Shown here: piece by piece, positions 28,884-37,869 of the stretch
Layout of the letters: each line of letters opens with the position of its first letter
Position numbering within the stretch: the stretch's first letter is position 1
Assembly (NCBI GenBank): GCA_947469485.1
Contig: CANIPU010000016.1
Coordinates: forward strand, 395 to 64,394
From: Chitinophagaceae bacterium
GTDB lineage: Bacteria > Bacteroidota > Bacteroidia > Chitinophagales > UBA10324
Reading direction: 5' to 3'
Length of the DNA: 64,000 nucleotides
The notes under the pieces: generated by a model
The model's input: only the letters and a program-made list of their open reading frames with translations
Databases searched by the model: none
Told to the model about the DNA's origin: nothing
Position numbers and translations under genes: made by a program

Positions 28884-29465
28884 ATGTTCTATTTTCGCAC
28901 CGTGCAAAAACAATTACAAAGTCCGGAAGCCGGCTGTTTTTTATTATCTGAGCCATATATGGCTGATGATAATTTTCGATCAACTGTTTTGTTTTTATGT
29001 GAGCATAATAACAATGGCACTTTTGGCTTTGTTTTAAATCGGCCTTTGGATTTAACTATAAATCAGGCAGTTCAGGATTTTCCGGAAATAAAAGCACAAT
29101 TATTTTTAGGAGGACCAGTACAAAATGACACATTGCATTTTTTACACAGCAGAGGCGATTTAATTGAAGATAGTATTGAAGTGATTGAAGGCGTTTTTTG
29201 GGGAGGAGATTTTGATAAGTTAAAAGAGTTGCTTGATACCAAACAGATTGCAGAAGATGAAGTGAAATTTTTTCTTGGGTATAGCGGTTGGGACAATGGT
29301 CAATTAGAAACTGAATGCGAAGAAAAAGCATGGATTATTGTAGAAGCAAGCAGTGATTATATATTTTCAAACGAGTCAAACAATATGTGGAGGGCTGTTT
29401 TAAAAAATATGGGTGACAAGTTTAAATTGTTATCTAATTTGCCCGATGATCCATCATTAAATTGA
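28884..29465 (+). CDS. YqgE/AlgH family protein (UPF0301)
   Basis: Family pattern GCFLLSEPYMADDNFRSTVLFLCEHNNNGTFGFVLNRP...GGPV...GYSGW. Confidence 0.85.
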   Translation: MFYFRTVQKQLQSPEAGCFLLSEPYMADDNFRSTVLFLCEHNNNGTFGFVLNRPLDLTINQAVQDFPEIKAQLFLGGPVQNDTLHFLHSRGDLIEDSIEVIEGVFWGGDFDKLKELLDTKQIAEDEVKFFLGYSGWDNGQLETECEEKAWIIVEASSDYIFSNESNNMWRAVLKNMGDKFKLLSNLPDDPSLN

Positions 29466-29522
29466 TTTGTTCTGATTACTAATATTGACATTCCAATAAA
29501 ACAGTTTTACAAAAAATAGTTT

Positions 29523-30383
29523 ATGAAGAATATAATGTTGCGTGATGATGCCTTAAAAGAAAAGGTAATTGTCGTTACAGGAGGAGGCACAGGATTGGGT
29601 AGAAGCATGAGTGAAATGTTATCACAACTTGGGGCTTCTGTAGTTATTACTAGTAGAAAAAAAGATGTTCTTGAAAAAACTGCGAATGAAATTACTGCTT
29701 TAACAGGCAATAAAGTTCTTCCTGTTGTTTGTGATGTGCGGAAATATGAAGAGGTTGAAAGCATGTTAAATAAAACCATTAGCGAATTTGGGAAGGTTGA
29801 TTCGCTGTTAAATAATGCAGCGGGTAATTTTATAATGCCAACTGAAAGACTTACACCTAAGGCATTTGATACTGTTGTTGATATAGTTCTAAAGGGTACC
29901 TATAACTGTTCGCTTGCATTTGGAAAATACTGGATTGAAAAAAAAATGTCGGGTAATATGTTGAACATAGTAACAACATATGCTTTTACTGGTTCAGGGT
30001 TTGTAGTTCCATCAGCCTGCGCAAAAGCAGGAGTGCTGGCTTTAACACGATCACTTGCAGCTGAATGGGCAAGGTATAATATTCGATGTAATGCAATTGC
30101 TCCGGGGCCGTTTCCTACAGAAGGGGCCTGGACAAGGCTGTTTCCGGAACCTTTGCAAAAAATAATAGACCCTATGCAGCGATTACCAATGAAAAGAGTT
30201 GGTAATCATGAAGAGTTAGCTAATCTCGCAACTTATTTGTTGTCGGATTTTTCAGGGTATATAAATGGGGAAGTTGTTGTTATAGATGGTGGTGAATGGT
30301 TATATAATGCAGGTCAATTTACTCACTTCGATAAAATTCCTAAAGAAGCTTGGGATATGTGGGAGCAAATGAGGAAAGGTTAA
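29523..30383 (+). CDS. SDR family oxidoreductase, 2,4-dienoyl-CoA reductase-like
   Basis: Motifs VTGGGTGLGRSM and NNAAGNF, with a Ser/Tyr/Lys-type SDR core. It is adjacent to an enoyl-CoA hydratase gene. Confidence 0.8.
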   Translation: MKNIMLRDDALKEKVIVVTGGGTGLGRSMSEMLSQLGASVVITSRKKDVLEKTANEITALTGNKVLPVVCDVRKYEEVESMLNKTISEFGKVDSLLNNAAGNFIMPTERLTPKAFDTVVDIVLKGTYNCSLAFGKYWIEKKMSGNMLNIVTTYAFTGSGFVVPSACAKAGVLALTRSLAAEWARYNIRCNAIAPGPFPTEGAWTRLFPEPLQKIIDPMQRLPMKRVGNHEELANLATYLLSDFSGYINGEVVVIDGGEWLYNAGQFTHFDKIPKEAWDMWEQMRKG

Positions 30384-31159
30384 TTTCCTTTGAAGTCTGC
30401 TGCTCTCTTTTCAATAAAAGCTTTCATTCCTTCTTTTTGATCTTCAGAAGCAAAGCACAAATAAAAATTCTTTCGTTCAAAAATTAGTCCTTCATCTAAT
30501 GATGTATTAAAAGCAGCAAGCACTGCTTCTTTAGCAAGTTTTATTGCAACGGGTGATTTATCTACAATCTGTTTTGCTAATGAGAAGGCTTCTTTTAAAT
30601 ACATTTCATTTGGTACAACTTTATTTATTAAGCCTGCCCGTAAAGCTTCTTCTGCAGTTATAAATTTCCCGGTTAAAACAATTTCCATTGCTAATGCTTT
30701 TCCTACTGCGCGTGTTAATCGTTGGGTTCCACCGGCACCTGGCATAACTCCAATCTTTATTTCCGGTTGCCCAATGCGAGCAGATTCAGAAGCAATTATC
30801 ATATCACAATGCATCATTAACTCACAACCTCCACCCAAAGCAAATCCGGAAACAGCAGCAATAATTGGCTTTTTAGTTTTTTTAATCTGATCCCAAGTAC
30901 TGAATTGATCGATATTCATCATGTCAATAGCTGTTTTATCAGCCATCTGTTTTATATCAGCTCCGGCCGCAAATGCTTTTTCGTTTCCTGTTAATATAAT
31001 TGCACGAACATCATCATTGTTATCCAATTCTTTTAACGCATCTCGCAATTCCCCCATGAGTTGAAGGTTTAGTGCATTTAATTCTTTGGGGCGATTTAGC
31101 TGAATAAGAGCAACATGTTTTTCTACCTGAGGATTAACAATTATGAATTCAAATGACAT
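30380..31159 (-). CDS. enoyl-CoA hydratase (crotonase family)
   Basis: Motifs LNRPKELNAL, FAAGADIKQM, AAVSGFALGGGCELMMHCD and GQPEIKIGVMPGAGGTQRL. Confidence 0.9.
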   Translation of the reverse strand: MSFEFIIVNPQVEKHVALIQLNRPKELNALNLQLMGELRDALKELDNNDDVRAIILTGNEKAFAAGADIKQMADKTAIDMMNIDQFSTWDQIKKTKKPIIAAVSGFALGGGCELMMHCDMIIASESARIGQPEIKIGVMPGAGGTQRLTRAVGKALAMEIVLTGKFITAEEALRAGLINKVVPNEMYLKEAFSLAKQIVDKSPVAIKLAKEAVLAAFNTSLDEGLIFERKNFYLCFASEDQKEGMKAFIEKRAADFKGN

Positions 31160-31171
31160 AATATAGAAAGG

Positions 31172-31882
31172 TTAAAGGGTGAGTAATGAGAGTGTAATAG
31201 CAAAAATAATCACAGCAATTTTTTTGAATGTATATGTATGTTTTCCGCTTTCCGATTCAAACAAAATAGTTGTAGAAACATGCAGCAATGAACCGGCAAC
31301 AATTGCAAGAAATAGCGGGTAGTAATTACTGGAAGTTTCCTGTATGAAAGAAGAGACTAAAACTCCTGCAGGGGCAATTAACGAAAACAATAAAACAATA
31401 ATCAGGGTTGTGTTTTTTGTGAATTTGGAAAAAAGAAAAATACTAGCTAATGCAAATCCTTCCGGAATTTTATGCAATGCAATGCCATAAAGTAATGATG
31501 AATGTTCATGTTCGCCGGTATGGGGTAACGCAGCAGGAATACCATCGAAAAATGAATGCACACTTAATCCAACAAAAAGAGAAATTAAAAATGTATTGCT
31601 TTCGCTGTGATGATGAAAATGTCCGTGCTCAATTCCATGAGTTGCCTGCTCTAAAAAAACCTGAATAAAAAATCCAATTAACATAAACAAACCTGCGTTT
31701 ATGCCTTGGGTTTGAAAAATTTCGGGTAGCAGATGCAACAACATTACACTGAATAAAAAAGCACCGCTGAATGAAAGTACGAGTTTGAAATTGGCGTCAT
31801 CTTTCTGCCTCACGATTAAAGCCACAATTGCTCCGATTAAAGGAGCAATAAACAAAATGAAAATTTCATACAAATGATTCAT
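31172..31882 (-). CDS. ZIP family metal transporter
   Basis: Multi-TM protein with a His-rich loop (GIEHGHFHHHSE), HSFFDGI and HKIPEGFA motifs. ATG 31882 gives an ATGA overlap with the upstream PAP2 gene. Confidence 0.8.
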   Translation of the reverse strand: MNHLYEIFILFIAPLIGAIVALIVRQKDDANFKLVLSFSGAFLFSVMLLHLLPEIFQTQGINAGLFMLIGFFIQVFLEQATHGIEHGHFHHHSESNTFLISLFVGLSVHSFFDGIPAALPHTGEHEHSSLLYGIALHKIPEGFALASIFLFSKFTKNTTLIIVLLFSLIAPAGVLVSSFIQETSSNYYPLFLAIVAGSLLHVSTTILFESESGKHTYTFKKIAVIIFAITLSLLTL

Positions 31883-32457
31883 AACAAATGCGAAGATGAT
31901 TTCTTTAGCCAATAATTAAGAAAATATGAAACAAATAATCCTGAAATAATTCCAACAATTGCTCCTCCGAAAATATCTGATGGATAATGATAAGCTACAT
32001 ATACTTGAGCAAATGAAATTGTTGCAGCCCAAATAAGAAGAATCCCGAGTAGCCAGTTGATTTTATTTTTGAAGATTATTCCTAAAAAAACCGCCACTGC
32101 AAAATGATTAGCGGCATGTGATGAAACAAAGCTGAATCCACTACCACATATGATAATGTTATGTATGTGTGAAACCAACTCTGAATTTTGACAAGGCCGC
32201 AAACGATGAAAAAAAGGTTTAAAAATCCCGCTGCTTATAAAATCAGAAATTCCTACAGTAATAAATGCCGCAATAATTACCATCCAGCTTTGTTTTCGGA
32301 AATAGTAAATAATGAGAAAAATGAAATAAATATATAGCGGTATCCAGAAGTATTTATTACGAAGCCAGGGCATTAAAAAATCAAAAAGCGAATTACTTAT
32401 TCTTTCATGAAAGAAAAGGAACAATTTTTTATCCAATGAAATCAACCAGTCAATCAT
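31879..32457 (-). CDS. PAP2 family phosphatase
   Basis: PAP2 motifs KPFFHRLRP, SFVSSH and YHYPSD on a multi-TM scaffold. Confidence 0.8.
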   Translation of the reverse strand: MIDWLISLDKKLFLFFHERISNSLFDFLMPWLRNKYFWIPLYIYFIFLIIYYFRKQSWMVIIAAFITVGISDFISSGIFKPFFHRLRPCQNSELVSHIHNIIICGSGFSFVSSHAANHFAVAVFLGIIFKNKINWLLGILLIWAATISFAQVYVAYHYPSDIFGGAIVGIISGLFVSYFLNYWLKKSSSHLL

Positions 32458-33184
32458 TTTGTTTTTTAGCTAGAATGATTAACCGTTCGGAATTTTCATC
32501 GAATACATTGAGTTCATAATCTCCAAAAACTTTTTCTGTAATTAAACCAAAAGGGGTATAGAATTTTTCAAAATCTTTTAATTCTAATAATTGAACGCAT
32601 TCTTCAAAATCAAACTCCTTAAGCCCATCTTTTATATGAATTGATTTATTCACAAAATTATTTTCAATTTTTCGCTCAATAATAAAGTCAACTTCACCGG
32701 CTTTAATTCTGTCAGTAGATTTTAAATTTTTTACAAGCTTCATTTTATTAAAAAAATCAATCACTAAAATTCCACCCGGTTTTAATGATTGAGAAATTGA
32801 TTGCATTACTTTATTGTTTTCTTCTTCCGAATCAAAATAGCCAAAGCTGGTAAACAAGTTCATCGCCAAATCAAATTGATTTTTAAAAAGCGGAGCTCGC
32901 ATATCATGTTCAAAAAAATGAAGATTCGGTATTTCATTTAATAAAGCTTCAAAAATATTCCGTTCTGATAAATCAATCCCGATTACATCATAACCTAATT
33001 CAGCCATTACTAATGAGTGTCGCCCGTTACCACATGGTATATCCAATATTTTGGAACCTTTTTCTAAATGGATTTCTTTCAGAAGTTTTTTTATAAATGA
33101 AGCAGCTTCAATTTCATCTCGATGTTGATACAATAATTTATAATAAGGTGAGTCAAACCAGCTTTCAAACCACTCTTTTTCCAT
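32450..33184 (-). CDS. class I SAM-dependent methyltransferase
   Basis: Motif I ILDIPCGNGRH, acidic loop GIDLS, and motif post-II GGILVIDF. Confidence 0.85.
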   Translation of the reverse strand: MEKEWFESWFDSPYYKLLYQHRDEIEAASFIKKLLKEIHLEKGSKILDIPCGNGRHSLVMAELGYDVIGIDLSERNIFEALLNEIPNLHFFEHDMRAPLFKNQFDLAMNLFTSFGYFDSEEENNKVMQSISQSLKPGGILVIDFFNKMKLVKNLKSTDRIKAGEVDFIIERKIENNFVNKSIHIKDGLKEFDFEECVQLLELKDFEKFYTPFGLITEKVFGDYELNVFDENSERLIILAKKQND

Positions 33185-33237
33185 ATAAAATTTAAAAGCA
33201 AAGTTAAAAAGTCATTCTGTTAATACTAACTACTATT

Positions 33238-33245
33238 TATGTTTG
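33238..33245 (+). promoter_or_regulatory. candidate Bacteroidota -7 promoter box (TAnnTTTG)
   Basis: TATGTTTG lies 42 nt upstream of ATG 33287. I found no clean -33 TTTG. Confidence 0.25.
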
Positions 33246-33286
33246 TGATATTGTAAACAATTTCAAGTTTCAATTGTATATAAAGC

Positions 33287-35659
33287 ATGATGAAAATAAT
33301 TTTATTATTAATAATTCTTCCTTTTAATCTGTTGGCCCAGTCGGGGGTTATTAAGGGCTTTGTGTTTAATTCAACTTCAAACCAACCAATTGAATTTGCA
33401 ACTGTTGCTATTGAAGGCACTACTTTAGGAATGCAAACAAACGAAACAGGGAACTATGAATTCAAAAATCTATCTCCTGGTTTATACAATTTAGTAGTAA
33501 GTTATGTAGGATTCAAAAAAAAATCGGTACTTGAAATTCAAGTTTCCAATGCAAAACCAGCAATAGTTGATGTTGATTTAGATGAAACAGCCAGCGAATT
33601 AAATGAAATAGTCGTTCAGGGTAGTTCTTTTAACCGATCAGAGGAAAGCCCTGTGTCATTAAGAACAATTGGTGTTAATGAAATTCAAAGGAACCCAGGA
33701 GGAAATAGAGATATAAGTAAAGTTATACAGTCATTTCCGGGCGTATCCTATACAGCAAGTTTCCGAAATGATATTATTATAAGAGGCGGGGCACCAAATG
33801 AAAACAGGTTTTATTTGGATGGGGTGGAAGTTCCAAATATTAATCATTTTGCTACTCAGGGGGCATCTGGAGGTCCTGTTGGAATGATAAATGTTGATTT
33901 TATTAAAGAGGTTGAATTTTATTCAGGAGCGTTTCCTGCAAACAGAGGAAATACCCTGAGTTCAGTATTTAATTTTACACAAAAGGATGGAAGAAGCGAT
34001 CATCTTGGGCTTACTGCAACTGTTGGTTCAAGTGATATTGGATTAACACTTGAAGGACCTATTACAAAAAAATCAACATTTCTGATTTCTGCACGAAGGT
34101 CTTATTTGCAATTTTTATTTAAAACTTTAGGATTACCGTTTCTTCCAACTTACAATGACTTTCAATTTAAGAACAGAATAAAAATTAATACGAAAAATGA
34201 AATTACAATTATCGGCTTGGGGGCTATTGATGATTTTGCTCTAAACCTATCAGCCGATTCAACTCCTTCCCAGAAATATATTTTGGGATATCTTCCTTCA
34301 AATGAACAGTGGAGCTATACTGGCGGAATAGTATACAAGCATTTTTCGAAAAGAAGTTATCAATCAGTTGTAGTTAGCAGAAATCATTTAAACAATACTT
34401 CATTTAAATATTTTAATAATGATGAGTCTCAGAATCTGATTTTAAAATACGCTTCGGAAGAGATTGAAAACAAGCTGAGAATTGAAAATACTTATAACCA
34501 CAACGGTTTTAAAATTAATTATGGTTCAGGCTATGAATTTGTTCAATATAAAAACAATACATTCAATCGGATTTCGATCCCATCAGGTATTCAGTTAATA
34601 GACTTCGCTTCAGAATTAAATTTTAATAAATTTTCATTATTTATTCAGGCAACAAGAGGTTTTTTTGGTGAAAGATTTATTGTTTCTTTAGGAGGAAGAA
34701 CTGATTTTAACGATTTTTCTAAAGACATGAAAAATCCCTTTAAGCAAATTTCCCCTCGCGCTTCTATTACATATAATATTTCAGAGAAGCTTTCTTTGAA
34801 TTTTAATTCAGGAATTTATTATCAGTTGCCGGCATATACGGTTTTGGGTTATAGGGATTCCAATAATTTATTAGTAAACAAATTGAATGGAATCAAATAT
34901 ATATCGAGTAAACATTTGGTAGTTGGAACAGAATATAATACTATGACAAACACCAGAATTGCTGTTGAAGGATTTTATAAGTTTTATAATAATTATCCAT
35001 TTCTTACCAATGATTCAGTTTCGCTTGCAAATCTTGGGGGCGATTTTGGCGTGATAGGAAATGAACCGGCAATTTCAAACTCTGAAGGCAAAAGTTACGG
35101 AATAGAGTTCTTGATTCAGCAAAAATATTTTAAGGGATTTTACGGTTTAGCTTCAGTTACTCTTTACAGAAGTTTATTTGAAAACAGAGATAAAGTATTA
35201 ATTCCCTCAGCCTGGGATAATCAGATTGTAATTGCAATCACTGCCGGAAAAAAGATTGGGAAAACATGGGAAATAGGAGCGAAGTGGAGATTTAGCGGAG
35301 GCACTCCTTATACACCATTTGATGTTTCAAGAAGTTCATTAATTTCTGTTTGGGATATATCCGGCAGAGGATTGCTTGATTATTCACAACTAAATTCCTA
35401 TAGAATAAAATCATTTCATCAGTTAGATTTCAGAATTGATAAAAAGTTCTTCTTTAAAAAGATAAATCTGAACACCTACATTGATATTCAGAATGCTTAT
35501 AATTTTAAATCCGAAGGTCAGCCATATTTAGATGTACAGCGCGATGAATTTGGAAATCCAACTGTTAATCAAAATGATTTGTTCAGATATAATACAACAC
35601 TTATAAAAAATGTATCAGGAACAATTCTCCCAAGTATTGGAATTGTTTTGGAATTATAA
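33287..35659 (+). CDS. TonB-dependent receptor with carboxypeptidase-regulatory-like N-terminal domain
   Basis: Same architecture as 5837-8188, and alignable by eye (IKGFVFN...GLYNLVVSYVGFKK; IIRGGAPNENRFYLDGVEVPNINHF; SGAFPANRGN). Confidence 0.85.
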   Translation: MMKIILLLIILPFNLLAQSGVIKGFVFNSTSNQPIEFATVAIEGTTLGMQTNETGNYEFKNLSPGLYNLVVSYVGFKKKSVLEIQVSNAKPAIVDVDLDETASELNEIVVQGSSFNRSEESPVSLRTIGVNEIQRNPGGNRDISKVIQSFPGVSYTASFRNDIIIRGGAPNENRFYLDGVEVPNINHFATQGASGGPVGMINVDFIKEVEFYSGAFPANRGNTLSSVFNFTQKDGRSDHLGLTATVGSSDIGLTLEGPITKKSTFLISARRSYLQFLFKTLGLPFLPTYNDFQFKNRIKINTKNEITIIGLGAIDDFALNLSADSTPSQKYILGYLPSNEQWSYTGGIVYKHFSKRSYQSVVVSRNHLNNTSFKYFNNDESQNLILKYASEEIENKLRIENTYNHNGFKINYGSGYEFVQYKNNTFNRISIPSGIQLIDFASELNFNKFSLFIQATRGFFGERFIVSLGGRTDFNDFSKDMKNPFKQISPRASITYNISEKLSLNFNSGIYYQLPAYTVLGYRDSNNLLVNKLNGIKYISSKHLVVGTEYNTMTNTRIAVEGFYKFYNNYPFLTNDSVSLANLGGDFGVIGNEPAISNSEGKSYGIEFLIQQKYFKGFYGLASVTLYRSLFENRDKVLIPSAWDNQIVIAITAGKKIGKTWEIGAKWRFSGGTPYTPFDVSRSSLISVWDISGRGLLDYSQLNSYRIKSFHQLDFRIDKKFFFKKINLNTYIDIQNAYNFKSEGQPYLDVQRDEFGNPTVNQNDLFRYNTTLIKNVSGTILPSIGIVLEL

Positions 35660-35660
35660 C

Positions 35661-36062
35661 TCAATAATGAAATTTTAAATTCTGTTTCAGATCAGAATTC
35701 AAACTTAATAAAACAGGGCAGGTTTTGGCAGTGTGTTCCAGAATGTCTTTTTCTTTTTGTGAATAATTATTTGATGGAAAGTAAAAGGCCAGATGCACTT
35801 CTGAAATTTTTCTTGGATTAATTGACATCACTTTTAGAACTGTAACTTTTGTTCCATCCATTAAAATATTATGAGTTCGAGCTGCAATTCCCATAACGGT
35901 TAATGCACAACTGCCACAAGCAGATGCTACAATATCTGTTGGCGAAAAAGCTTCTCCTTTTCCATTATTGTCAATTGGTGCATCAGTGATAACTAATTCA
36001 CCTGATTTCAGATGTTTCATTTCACAGCGCAATTCTCCCTTGTAAATTATTTCTGATGTCAT
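35661..36062 (-). CDS. OsmC family peroxiredoxin-like protein
   Basis: 133 aa with the two conserved Cys regions (ACGSCALTVM and KTCPV). Confidence 0.85.
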   Translation of the reverse strand: MTSEIIYKGELRCEMKHLKSGELVITDAPIDNNGKGEAFSPTDIVASACGSCALTVMGIAARTHNILMDGTKVTVLKVMSINPRKISEVHLAFYFPSNNYSQKEKDILEHTAKTCPVLLSLNSDLKQNLKFHY

Positions 36063-36120
36063 GTTAAAACAATTTTAAATCATCGTTTTTTAAGCAAACC
36101 AAAAGTATTAATATTGATGT

Positions 36121-36879
36121 GTGAAAAAAGCATTTGTAATAATTGCTGTCTTAATTATATCAATTAAAGCGACTGGACAATCAGTTAGCAAGGATATGCT
36201 TTTTGAAAAATTCTGGTCATCGGGTTTAAATATTACCAATAGCGGCTTTAATTTTAATTATGCAAGAGGGCAAATTACTAATGTTCATACCCGCAAATTT
36301 TTCGAAGTGGAATTTACAACAATTCATCACCCTAAGGAATACAAGCAAACTCAGGATTTTGGTTTTTCTCAGGTTGGAGTTCCCAACCCTAAACCTTTTG
36401 TATATGGCAAGGAGAATTCGTTTTACAATCTGAATATTTCCTATGGAGTTTATAAAGAACTGGGAAGTAAGGCTGATAGGGCTGGTGTTAGTATTGGCAT
36501 AAAAGCAATTGGAGGTTTCTCTCTTGGAATTTTAAAACCCTATTATCTTGATTTATTATACCCGATTGATAATTTTTCAGCGAATCTTGTTTCTGAAAGA
36601 TATTCTGAAATTAATAGGGATAAATTTTTGGATATAAATTCAATTTATGGGGGATCAGGTTATCAATATGGTTTAACTCAATTAAAGTTTATTCCTGGTT
36701 TTCATTCTAAAATGGGATTGCATTTTGATTATGCTATTTATGATGAGTATTTAAAATCAATAGAAGCAGGTGTTTTTTTTAATGCCTATTACAAAAGTGT
36801 TCCACTGATGATATTGAAAAAAAACCAGCAATTTTATCCTGGTATTTATGTTGGTTTTGAGTTTGGTAAAAAGTCTTAG
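36121..36879 (+). CDS. hypothetical outer-membrane/beta-rich secreted protein
   Basis: GTG start gives the signal peptide [20 protein letters not shown]. The sequence is rich in alternating aromatic/Gly residues. No family recognised. Confidence 0.5.
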   Translation: MKKAFVIIAVLIISIKATGQSVSKDMLFEKFWSSGLNITNSGFNFNYARGQITNVHTRKFFEVEFTTIHHPKEYKQTQDFGFSQVGVPNPKPFVYGKENSFYNLNISYGVYKELGSKADRAGVSIGIKAIGGFSLGILKPYYLDLLYPIDNFSANLVSERYSEINRDKFLDINSIYGGSGYQYGLTQLKFIPGFHSKMGLHFDYAIYDEYLKSIEAGVFFNAYYKSVPLMILKKNQQFYPGIYVGFEFGKKS

Positions 36880-36887
36880 TAATTGAA

Positions 36888-37760
36888 ATGATTGAAACTC
36901 CAGAAGTAAAACCCGAAGAAAGAAGAAGAAAACCAGAATGGCTTAGGGTTAAATTGCCGACAGGCGAAGGGTATAGGCATGTTAGATCTTTGGTTGATCA
37001 ATATAAACTTCATACAATTTGTGAAAGTGGCAATTGTCCAAATATGGGCGAATGCTGGGGAGCAGGAACTGCAACATTTATGATTTTGGGAAATGTTTGT
37101 ACCCGGAGTTGTGGTTTTTGTGCAGTTAAAACCGGAATGCCAACTGAATTAGATTGGGATGAACCCCGCAGAGTTGCTGAGGCAATTAAATTAATGAAAG
37201 TTAAACATGCTGTTCTCACTTCTGTCAATCGTGACGAAATGAAAGATGGTGGAGCATCAATTTGGGCAGCAACTGTAAAAGCTGTCAGAGAAATTAGCGT
37301 TGGCACAACAATGGAAACCCTTATTCCTGATTTTAAAGGGAATGTTGAAAGTGTTGAAAAAATAATTGAAGTTGCTCCTGAAGTGGTTTCGCATAACATG
37401 GAAACAATTAAAAGATTATACAAGCATGTTCGTCCACAAGCTAAGTATGAAAGATCACTAAATGTGATAAAACTGCTAAAGGATGGTGGAATGCGGACAA
37501 AATCAGGAATAATGGTAGGCCTCGGAGAACAAAAAGAAGAGGTTTTGCAGGTTATGGATGATTTGCTTGTAAGTGGATGCGATGTGATGACGATCGGGCA
37601 ATACTTGCAGCCAACAAAAAATCATTTAGAAGTAAAAGAATGGATACACCCTGAGCTTTTTAAATTCTATAATGAAGAAGGAATGAAAAAAGGATTTAAG
37701 ATTGTGGAAAGCGGTCCATTAGTTAGATCTTCTTACCATGCTGAAAAGCATTTAAAATAA
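36888..37760 (+). CDS. lipA: lipoyl synthase
   Basis: N-terminal Cys cluster [12 protein letters not shown], radical-SAM CTRSCGFC, and the C-terminal SSY motif (VRSSYHAE). Confidence 0.93.
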   Translation: MIETPEVKPEERRRKPEWLRVKLPTGEGYRHVRSLVDQYKLHTICESGNCPNMGECWGAGTATFMILGNVCTRSCGFCAVKTGMPTELDWDEPRRVAEAIKLMKVKHAVLTSVNRDEMKDGGASIWAATVKAVREISVGTTMETLIPDFKGNVESVEKIIEVAPEVVSHNMETIKRLYKHVRPQAKYERSLNVIKLLKDGGMRTKSGIMVGLGEQKEEVLQVMDDLLVSGCDVMTIGQYLQPTKNHLEVKEWIHPELFKFYNEEGMKKGFKIVESGPLVRSSYHAEKHLK

Positions 37761-37802
37761 AACTTGCAGTTGTCAGATAAAGTCACATTTTTGTCACAAA
37801 GT

Positions 37803-37837
37803 TTATAAATGAAATAAAAGATCATTTTCATTTATAA
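37803..37837. promoter_or_regulatory. perfect 12-bp inverted repeat (AT-rich hairpin or operator)
   Basis: ttataaatgaaa (37803-37814) is the reverse complement of tttcatttataa (37826-37837), with an 11-nt spacer. It lies between the lipA stop and the next start. Confidence 0.4.
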
Positions 37838-37869
37838 TTTTAAAATTCAATTTGAAAAAATACCAAAAC

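Noticed and set aside
28818-28913. Longer N-terminus for the esterase gene (track start 28913)
   Set aside because: It would overlap the divergent AlgH-like gene start (28884). GTG 28817 places the start just before the hydrophobic lipoprotein-type signal sequence. The choice remains uncertain.
37010-37423. 137-aa minus-strand ORF inside lipA, plus similar antisense or alternate-frame ORFs (615-797, 1946-2233, 8970-9272, 20712-21029, 23734-23973, 24885-25190, 28195-28473, 39315-39560, 58344-58730, 60351-60662, 63113-63442)
   Set aside because: All lie wholly inside longer ORFs that carry clear family motifs. They are treated as shadow ORFs.
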